Shown: one piece after another, positions 1 to 8,923 of the stretch | Position numbering within the stretch: the stretch's first letter is position 1 | Layout: every line of letters starts with the position of its first letter | Origin: Geosiphon pyriformis uo1 | Taxonomy: Eukaryota; Fungi; Glomeromycota | DNA length: 10,319 nucleotides | Assembly (NCBI GenBank): GCA_016748015.1 | Contig: JAAOMT010000448.1 | Location: 189,648-199,966, forward strand | Direction: 5' to 3' | The notes under the pieces: generated by a model | What the model was told of the DNA's origin: nothing | Seen by the model: only the letters and a program-made list of their open reading frames with translations | The model's database searches: none | Position numbers and translations under genes: made by a program

Positions 1-1545
1 GACTTCATGCTTTTTTAGCTCATTCCCCAATATAAAAATATTTTTTGCACTGAAAAGAATGGGTGATATTTCAACAAAGATTTTTTGTGAGTTAAAAATA
101 TATGTAGAGTGAAAGCTTTTAATAAAATTTACTCAAAGTCTAATTAAAGAAAATATGAGTATTTTTTTATATTACATTCTAGGAATTTCTAGAAAATCTT
201 AAATATCTTAAAAATATATTTTATTAAAGGACAATAATCAAAAGTGATAAAAATTTTTAATATAAATGGTATTTTTTAAAAAAAAATCACCTACCAAAGC
301 ATAGAATCTTCATGCAAAAGAATTCTTCTTTTTTCTATTTTCTTAATTTTATTATTTATTAGAATGAAATTTAAAAGATCAAAATGTTCTTACCATTATT
401 AATTTATTAAGAGAAATTAAATGTATAATTCATATATTAAATTTCAGCCCGGCGATTTAAAAAAATAGGAGTATTAAAATAAATGATGGTATATCCTCTT
501 GAAAATAAAATCAAAACATTATATTTCTATCAATCATATTCTCTGTTGTAGGTTTTTAAAAGATTTCTATTCTTAAAATTAACTATTTTTCTTATTTAAA
601 GATTAAATCGTGATTTTTCAAAAAGATGTGCAACTATGATAAATATGAAGTCGAAAGAAAAAGACAACTTGAACGCCATAAATAAGTTATTATTTATCAA
701 TAAAAAGAAGAATTATATTATAGATAAGCCTAAGTTTCCAAAAAATAATAAGATAAAAAACATAATGGAACTAATAATAAACTATTAATGAACTATACTA
801 TTTTTCATAAAAACTCAAATAAATATCTAATGTCTCGATTTCTTAAGCATTTTTGAGGAATATCAAGAAATGATTATTTTATTGAATATTTTTTATATGA
901 GTATTCCTTATCTTTATATAAAATAAATACCTAAAATTTCATCTCTTTTAACATGTAATTTCAATTTATATAATCACCGATGATTATTAGCAAATTTTAT
1001 GACTTTCGCCTAGCTTTCAGATTTGATCTCATAATATCAACACACTCACTCATTTTCAAGTACAACTTTAAGGAAGACTATAGCATATAAGCATTGAGAA
1101 TTTCTAATTGAATTCTAAAGAGAAATAAAAAAGTTTATTAAAATAATATTCCAATGAAAGTTCTCCTTTAAAACTGCAGTCTTGTAGCATTAATGAGGAA
1201 AGGCTTAATTTGATAAAAGTAGTCCCTTTAATGCTCAATACTCACTCAAGGAAATTATGAGCACAAATATAAAAAATATAATGGATAATTTAAGGTTAAA
1301 ATAATAAGAATTAAATAGTACACATTGTCAAAGCTACAATATGACATAAAAAATAAGCATAAGAAAAATTCTATTTTATTTAAAAGGATCCTTGGATTTA
1401 AATTATTTATTAATTTATTAATTTGATTCGATTCTTGAAATTTAAATTTACGAAATGAAAAAGGTTTTGGAGGATAGAGTAACAAATATAATGTTATAAA
1501 AGGTCTAAAAGGTATTTTGACTTGTATTTTCTCATGAATATGATA

Positions 1546-1738
1546 AGCTCAATAAAAAAAATGCTCTGAATTCTAAGTCAATTAAATTATGAGAAAAAAG
1601 GAAAATTTAGAATTTCGAGTTACATTGGTTTGAGAATCGCTCGTAACTTAGTAAAAACTCGAATATTGCTTCAAATTTTTCATATTGATCTAAAACTATA
1701 TTTTTCAAAAGTAGGAACTTTTTTAATGTTATTGAGCT
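1546..1738. repeat. Possible degenerate foldback/MITE-like remnant
   Basis: Nested short inverted repeats: AGCTCAATAA (1546-1555)/TTATTGAGCT (1729-1738) and TTCGAGTT (1614-1621)/AACTCGAA (1656-1663). Confidence 0.3.
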
Positions 1739-2031
1739 CATTGTATAAAGGAAAAACAACTCTGAGCATGTTATGATATAAACCTGTGATGAAATTCAAA
1801 CGATATTTTATAAGTTCTAGGAATATTTTTTTAATAGCAGACTTCATAAAGTAAAATGTACTTCTTATTGAAATAAGTAAAATAATATTTCACATTCAAT
1901 TATATGTATTTTAACATGGGGTTTAAAGCAATAGCTATGGATGACTCTATTGGTGCAAATTTTCAAATAAGAAACCCTATTTAATATAAACTTTAGAAAA
2001 TATAAAAACTCAATTGATTAAATTATAAAAA

Positions 2032-3519
2032 CTAAGTTTCGCGTTTTATGATTTGAAAAACTTCATACTCCTCAACAAAGAAGTCTACTTTTTCATCTTC
2101 TGAACCAGGCATTATCACGTGCTCATATGATGAATCCTTTTGACAAGAACATCCAGGGCTATTTTGGAAATCATTACTTGCCATTTCAATACTATTATTG
2201 CCAAAGTCGGATCCATGACCTAAGACACCATAAGGTCCATTTTCGCCAATAAATTTACTAAGTTTAGCATTTTCAGCTTTGCCATCTCCAAGGGAAAATA
2301 TAAAACTTCCTTTTCCATCTAACCAATCGCCACCAGAATGCCAAAATTCTGGGTTATATCCGCCAATCAGTTGACCAGTTTCTTTCACTTTAATAACACA
2401 AATTGTCGCTCCTTTATCATCGCATAATCGATGAAAATCGGCTGGAGTAAATCCGTCTCTACTGCCTCGAAGTAACAAATTAAAACTATTTCCAAGTTGA
2501 TTTTGAAAAGGAGTATTTTCATCTTTACCCTGAATCCAGTGATCAAGTTGCCTCATGTTATGAAACTGAAGAAGCTTTGATCGGAATGGCTGAGCGTTAA
2601 CAGACTTTTGATGACTCCCTGGTACTAGATAATGTTGTAAAAGATCTTCGTATAAAGTTCCGGGTAAAATTCTCCCAAATGGCTTCACTTTGTGATAGAA
2701 GTCAACCGAAGATATGTGAAAGAACCGGATTAAAGGTAGAAGCTCTTTGATTGATTCCTTAAACATGTCAAAATTTTCATCTGTCCAGTTAAGAATTTCT
2801 TCTACCTTAATATTGTCACCTAATTTAGCAACTCCCCATTCCACAATCTTTTCCCATATTTCTGATTCTTCCATCTTAAGGTCATCCTGGGATAAAATTG
2901 AGGAAAGAAAACTTTTATTAAGGGAAGTGAAATCTTGGGATTTAAAGATTATTGTTGGATTGGTAGCAGCGATTTGGGCGCAGAACTCTTGTAGCTTTTT
3001 GAACGAATCATGGGAAAATGATGTTTCATGCAAAGAGACAAAGTTTTCTTTTAGCTCTTGTGCATGATTTTCAATTATATAGTCTTCCAGGTAGCTAATA
3101 AGATTTTTCAAAATAAGCTCGTCAGCAGCAATCAGCAATTCCAAGATTGTAAGTATTCCATGTTCTTTAAGAGAAATTTCGCCATTATAAATATATCTAT
3201 CCAAAAAAACAAAATAAGTGATTATTTTTATTAAAAACTTTTAAGGAAACTAATACGCTTACCTAAGAATCACCTCAAAAATTCTGGGTGATATATTGGG
3301 GTTAGCGAGGATAATATGATTATTTTCTCTTTTAATACTATCATTAGAGAGAACTCTAGCAAAATATAATGATCTCGCTGCTAAAATTTGTGAATGAGCT
3401 TGAAAGGTTCTAGCATTAGGCGCTTTGCCGACGAGAATTCTAACGTCAGAGAAATTTCGATTATTAAGTAAGTTCTCGAAATCGTGAGATAAAGCGAGAA
3501 AGAGTTGTTTGGGTGCCAT
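2032..3519 (-). CDS. BTB/POZ-BACK-TLDc protein, copy A; two exons complement(join(2032..3196,3263..3519)), 473 aa
   Basis: ATG at 3519. Exon 1 encodes a BTB N-half (DFENLLNNRNFSDVRILVG...FQAHSQILAARSLYF...ISPRIFEVIL). A phase-2 intron joins AG|A to give ILRYIYNG...LLIAADEL (BTB C-half). BACK-like motifs follow (DDLKMEESEIWEKIVEWG, LLPLIRFFHIS), then TLDc motifs (LLLRGSRDGF, FHRLCDDKGAT, IGGYNP, SFIFS, FFVEEYEVF). TAG stop at 2034-2032. Domain calls come from recalled motifs, not an HMM search. Confidence 0.92.
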
Positions 3520-3537
3520 TGGTAAGATATATAAAGT
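2133..3537 (-). repeat. Left arm of inverted gene duplication (pairs with 8908..10319)
   Basis: The reverse complement aligns to the right arm. Paired coordinates sum to 12443 from the ATG to a 9-bp indel and to 12452 after it. Hand count gives about 81 substitutions in about 1390 aligned nt. The arm probably extends further left, but its partner runs off the window. Confidence 0.95.
3197..3262 (-). other. Spliceosomal intron of copy A (66 nt)
   Basis: Minus strand reads AG|GTAAGC...TTTTTTTGGATAG|A. Splicing restores the frame between ORFs 3259..3540 and 2032..3204. Copy B has an intron of the same position and length. Confidence 0.92.
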
Positions 3538-3639
3538 CAATTCAATATAAGGATCAAACAGGTGAACATTAGCATATATTCTTTTTTATCCATAAATAAA
3601 AGCCCACGTGATTGTGCAAAATTTATACTGGAAATTAAC

Positions 3640-4454
3640 CTGTCAGTCAAGAAAAAACTCCATGTATTATACAGGTTTTAGAAATTGAATAAGTTACCTA
3701 TCTCCACTGTGAGACACAATACAACAATTAACAACGAAGGCGGTAATGATGCTCGCAAGAAGATTATAAAGAAAATTAGGTCAATATTTTTGCAAAAAAA
3801 TTTTCTTTGTCGCTGCGAAAAACTGCTAGTAAACTAGATACAGAGGAAGTAGACATCACATATTGCATAATTTGCAAGCATTTATAATCGCTTGGATATA
3901 CGAAAAACCTACCAAATACTATGCCGGTGCTGAAGAAAGTTCAAAAGCAGAAACGTGTTAAATGGACCCAATGTCATCATAATGGTAACTAGAAAAAAAG
4001 GTTATCTTCTGACGAAACAGCATTTCAACTGTTCCCAAACTTAATTGAACATTGATCCAAGGACAAGCAGGATCGTACAAAGATTTTTGCATGTAGTTTT
4101 TGGCACTTTGTGGATGCTAGGTTTTACATAGAAATTTCGCAAAAGCATGCCTGGGAAATTAATGAGATACTTGGGAAGAAATGATGCTTTCAATGAGATA
4201 GTGATCTCAAACATACAAGTCCAGAGTAGCTAAAGCGTTTCTCGCAGAAAATATACCCAAGTCATTTGACTGGTCGTCTTATAAATTGTATTGAAAATCT
4301 ATGGCGATCGTTAAACATGAAGCGGAAAACGAATGCCACAAAATCAGAATATTTGCTAAAAAATATCCCGAAAAGTTTAATAAATCAAATGAATTCAATG
4401 CCGCACCTTTACGAGTTGATTAACAAAAGTAAAGGCGAAAGGATCGCATATTAA
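3640..4454 (+). mobile_element. Decayed Tc1/mariner (IS630-Tc1-mariner, DD34E-type) transposase pseudogene
   Basis: Transposase motifs appear in order across frameshifts and stops: SLGYTKNLP..PVL....KQKRVKW (about 3890-3965); SDETAFQLF (4008-4034, first D); DARFYIEI; FQ*DSDLKHTS (4188-4220, consensus FQQDNDPKHTS); AKAFLAENIP..DWSS; NCIENLW (4284-4304, consensus SPDLNPIENLW with SPDL deleted); C-terminal SMP...KGERIAY* ending at 4454. The left boundary is approximate and no intact TIR pair was found. Confidence 0.88.
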
Positions 4455-5252
4455 GTTTTATGAATAAAATTTGTTGCTTTCGACGTTTCTAACAATATTA
4501 TAACCTCACTTAGGTTAAAGACAAGAATTATTGATTCAATTTTAGACGAAAAAAAGTTTAATTATACCAAAGTAAATAACCCTCATAAAAGTACTTATAG
4601 TGTACTCTTTAGGTAAAAGTAACGTAACACAAATAAATCAATATTAACTAGCTCTCTTTACTTTAAAACTCAGGTTGATTGCATCAAAAAAAAAGAGAAA
4701 TAAATAAATAAATTGAAATGAAAAAGGTTCATCATAAACATTAAGGCAAAAAATCTTATTCGCAATTAATTATATGATTAATGAAATTTAAAAAAGTTCA
4801 CATTAAAATAAATAAAAGTATTTTTAAAGCATTTCAAAGTATGTAAATTTTTACAGAAATAATATATATATATTTATAATACTAAAATTTTATCATGAAA
4901 TAAAAAATTATTTTTTGATTTTCAGCTTTATTAAATTTCAAAAATATGAAAATTTTAATGGGAGAACTTGTTATCTTCGAAGCTAGTCATATGTAGAGAA
5001 ATATTATTTCCTGTTCCGATTTAAATATATACACAGAAAATAATGAATAGTCCAAAATTCAGGCTATATACGTATATATTATATGTATGGATTTATGTAC
5101 ATCTCAATGCTACACTATTCAGTTGGATGAGGCAGATAAATGGATCTTGAATCGAAGATAATATGCAGTAAAGGGATCCAACGATAATTAGTAAGGATAA
5201 TTTCTCCATGTTGCATGGTTTGGGATGCAAGCACATAAATAAATTATAATGT

Positions 5253-7018
5253 TCAAACCACATATTTCAAGAATTCACGAGCACCTTGTTTTAGACGGAC
5301 ACTGATTTCAGGATCCCGTTTTTTCAAAAATTTGTAAACAATTAGGCAAACATTACCAGTGGCATGTAACCATCCATCGAACCAAAGAGTTTCCAAAGGT
5401 GCACGCGTCGTTTCCAAGAAGAGTTGCATCGGTTCGTCATTCATTTTCATGCACACATTAAGATGGCGTAGAGAAGTCGGCATTAATGGACCAAACGAGG
5501 GCCAAGTATCCATAATTTGAGTTCCAGTATATGAACATATGGGGAAAAGACTAAGACTTCTTAAATTACAACGAGGATGATTGAGAATATCACGAAGATA
5601 ACTCATTTCATTCAAGCCAATTGGGACACCCAGTGTTTCTACCCAGGGACAAATCTCTGATACAACCTGAACGATATCTGTAGAATAAGGCTTTCCTTGT
5701 TGAATTGAGAGGCTACCATTTGAAGGTTTGAAAAATACTTCTTCAAGCAAAGAAGCGTTATTTCGAATGAGGCCAACCATCGTTTCATCCCAATGATAGG
5801 TTGATTCGACAAAATGTAATTTACGGAGTGCAGGGAAAGAAGCGGTAGCAAGTGGGACCAATTGAACGTCATTCGCAAAGGTACAATACCTAATTACCAA
5901 TTCCTCCAAACGATTACATGCAGCCAATCCCAAAAGTGAAGGACTTTCGTTTGGTCCATTACCATTAAAGTGACAATAAATGATCTCAACAGAAGTAAGT
6001 GTTTTTGCAGCATTAGTAATTGCAGATATGGTATTGGTTGGTGTGGTACCATATCCAAACAATTTGAATTTTTTAAGTTGATTTTGGTTGGTTATCAATT
6101 CAGCCAAATTTTTTTCATCGTCTTGTTTTGGTGGTGGAAATAGGGAATAGGCAATAATTTCCAAGCTTTGAATGTTGACTGCCGATTTTACTAAATCTTT
6201 AAAGATTGGCCAGTCATGCGTATAGTGGATTGAGAGATCCTTAAGAGTTTTTAGTGATAGAGTTTGACAGCTCTTGCCAAACTTAATGTCAGCGCAATCA
6301 AGCGAGAGTGATTGAACATTGCCTTTTTCGTTTAAAAGCAGGCGATATAAAGCACGGGTAATATGGAGAACAATCGGGCGCGAAGGAGCAGAAGAACGTA
6401 GCTGACGACTATGAAGAAAGTTAAGTTGCATTATTAGAAAAAAATCAAACTCAAAGAAACGAGATTTGAATCTTCAAATACTTACCAATTAGGTCTTTGT
6501 TCCTCATATTGTAACCACTTATTAACTGCGGTATATAAAGTTTCCATACTAAGATTTTTTAAATGTTGAGCGTAGTTATAGCCAGCCCGCTTTTGGATAC
6601 GCTTAGGGTCACATTTTGAATAAGTTAATATAGATAAATCTTCAAGTTCCAAACATGAAATGTAGGTAGCTATAACTAATCGATCATCCAGATCCTCAAA
6701 AGGGTTTTCCCAATATAAAGGCAATGCACTTAAAGACCAAAGACGACAAACCAGAATACAGGAGAGAAGGGATTTTTTATCATTACGAAAGTGGTTGAAA
6801 ATTACATTAAGACAATCTGAATTTAGATTAGGTCTATTTTTTCCTTTTCTTTGTCTGCCCTTCATCTTTATTGAGGATAATGATAATGATGATGATGATG
6901 GGATAAATGAAGAGAAATTTGATGAAGATGAAGAAGATTTCGGTGTGGTTTTTTTTGTGTTATAACTATTATTCATAAAATTTAATGATAATGTTAAAAA
7001 TTTTGAGAATTTCATCAT
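5253..7018 (-). CDS. F-box domain protein with RNI-like/LRR C-terminal region; complement(join(5253..6408,6486..7018)), 562 aa (511 aa if it starts at ATG 6865)
   Basis: F-box-like motif LNSDCLNVIFNHF...SLLSCILVCRLWS...PLYWENPF, followed by YNYAQHLKNLS. Exon 2 has degenerate LxxLxL repeats (LKDLSI, IQSLEI, LKKFKL, LEELVI, LRKLHF, LRSLSL, LRHLNV, LETLWF). A phase-2 intron joins TG|T in frame. The start codon is uncertain. Confidence 0.85.
6409..6485 (-). other. Spliceosomal intron of the F-box gene (77 nt)
   Basis: Minus strand: TG|GTAAGTAT...CTAAT...CTTAAC TTTCTTCATAG|TCGT. Canonical donor, branch-like motif and acceptor; splicing joins ORFs 6482..7018 and 5253..6431 in frame. Confidence 0.88.
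6876..6937. repeat. Imperfect (GAT/GAA/AAT)n trinucleotide tracts encoding Ser runs on the minus strand
   Basis: gataatgataatgatgatgatgatg (6876-6900) and gatgaagatgaagaaga (6921-6937). Confidence 0.7.
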
Positions 7019-7641
7019 GAAAGATATTCGTTTTCTTGATTAGCCAAAGAAGATATTGGATGAAGAGGCCAAAACTAAAAATGAACTATGAAAGCCACTA
7101 ATATCTTTTTAATGAATAAAATAGATATGATAAGGGTGAATAAAATATAATAATAAGGGTGAGGGTTTTTGGGAATTCACAAATTTAATGAATGAAAGAA
7201 CTAAGGGATTGTGGAAGATGAAGGGCAAAGTAAATAGGAAACATCAAAGAGCCTGTACGTTCAAATTGATAATATTTAATTAAACTGCGTTTTTTTGTTT
7301 TTTAATTTATATTTATGTATTAATTTGTTAGGAGGATCTGTTCTACCATAATGAGTTGAATGAAAGTACGAATTTGTACATCGGAAGACAAACTCTTGAA
7401 AATAATGCAAAGAACAATAGTAATTTTAGAGTTTGAGACTAGATTTTTGTGCTACGTTACCTTTTTTTTTTTTAAAAAGACAACGAAAAATTAATGTAGT
7501 TCGTTTTACTGGATGCTTATGATGATGCAGGATACCTTTAAATTGATAAAAATATTCCGAAAAACTTTTCCTAGTAATTCTCAGAAAGCAAAGATATAAA
7601 AAACTTATTTATGGTTTAGTGCTTTTTATATATATGTAGTG

Positions 7642-7792
7642 TACAGTCGCCTCGGAAAGTAATGACCGATTTAGGCGCGTGTAACCAAATCTACCATTAT
7701 GATAAAAAAAAGATTTAAAATTTGATTTTCAATATACTAAATGTTGTAAATCTTTGAAACCACGTTGAATATGCAGTCGCCTCGAAAAGTAA
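7642..7792 (+). repeat. 19-bp direct repeat pair resembling a Tc1-family transposon terminus
   Basis: CAGTCGCCTCGGAAAGTAA (7644-7662, preceded by TA) and CAGTCGCCTCGAAAAGTAA (7774-7792) match at 18/19, start 130 bp apart, and are GC-rich in an AT-rich background. TA|CAGT is a typical Tc1 end. The repeat is seen directly; the transposon reading is inferred. Confidence 0.6.
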
Positions 7793-8923
7793 CGCCCTGA
7801 ATTTTTTATTAGAATATGTTAATCTTTTCTTGGCCTCTCCATTCATATCCAAAACTCCTTAAATTTTATTTGCTATCCAAAATTATGCATTTTATCTAAT
7901 AATAAATTCTAATATTAGCAAGTTTGTCAAAATTCATTTGTAAAGTCTGATAATTCTTCAAAGGAAATTTCTCCTAATAAATTTTAATTTACATACTATT
8001 ATTTCATTAAAAATTGAATTTTAGTAATACGGTATAAAAATATATTTATTATAAATCTTTCTCAAATATATATATAATGCTAAATACTATCAATTTCTTT
8101 TTCCTTTTTATTTTTTGAATCCTTTTTTTTCTTTATTTTAATTCCTCAAAGCTTAATAATAGCAAGTAATCCCTTTAATTTTTTTTATAAATAGTCAGAT
8201 CCGGAACTTGCTTTTCAGCTTAAAATAATTTATATCCAATCTGTCTGAATTAATAAATTATATTATAATTTTTCAATGATTTTGTGGAATCTTTAGATAT
8301 TATACCCAGAGGTAACCTATTATAGAATTTAATAGAAAAACTGATGACCAAAGACATTAAAAAAAAATTTTTTAATTGAAAAGAATTCCTTGTTTAACTT
8401 TTACTTTGTTGAAAAACTTATACCGATATTAGTTTGAAGTCATCTATTGAACGAACTTATAATGCTTAATATTTAAGATATTTGGGTCATTAGACTGAAC
8501 AAAAAAAGTCTTTATTAAATCAGACCTCAATTTTTATCACCTCCTAAATAAAAAATTAAAATATATTCTTTTTTTTGCAATATATTTATATAGTTATTCA
8601 CGATATTAATAATTTAATAATAATTACTTAAAGTTTTTTATCAATAGATTTTGTAAATATATAATAAACTAGTTAGATAATTTGAAATTTTTTTGGTTTA
8701 ATTTGAACTTGGATTTTCCTAAAAAATAACACATTGACAATGCAAAATTTTAAATGAAATTTTTAACCAGAGATAAGGATTAAACTAGTGAATTATTATC
8801 AGTTGAAGGCAAGGATCATTCGATTTTAGATCCTGTCTAAGTACATGCATTAATTACACATGTAACACCTTCTTAATCAATATATTTTAAGTTATCAAAT
8901 ATTTTTAACTTTATATCTTACCA

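Noticed and set aside
1255-1485. 76-aa ORF
   Set aside because: AT-rich, low-complexity F/L/I/N/Y composition, non-ATG start and no recognisable motif.
2161-2349. Diversity-generating retroelement (template/variable repeat) as the cause of TLDc variation
   Set aside because: Differences are not adenine-specific (G/C, T/C, TGG/CAC), both copies are full intron-containing genes, and no reverse transcriptase is evident.
2747-3067. 106-aa antisense ORF, also present at 9376..9696
   Set aside because: Shadow of the BACK-coding region with a non-ATG start. Its presence in both copies follows from the duplication.
3605-3610. CACGTG E-box (Pho4-type site) upstream of copy A
   Set aside because: A single hexamer, not exactly conserved upstream of copy B, with no supporting context.
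4266-4454. 62-aa ORF as an independent gene
   Set aside because: It is the C-terminal fragment of the decayed Tc1 transposase.
5090-5252. Possible extra 3' exon of the F-box gene (moderately GC-rich, short open frames)
   Set aside because: No convincing donor/acceptor pair was found; treated as probable 3' UTR.
5639-5878. 79-aa alternative-frame ORF
   Set aside because: Nested in the F-box exon 2 in another frame with no motif.
7644-7792. CRISPR-like repeat array
   Set aside because: Only two 19-bp copies, a 111-bp spacer, eukaryotic context and no cas genes.
7810-8420. Faint coding-like fragments on the minus strand suggestive of a further decayed element
   Set aside because: Only 4-6 residue resemblances among many stops, so no family can be supported without a search.
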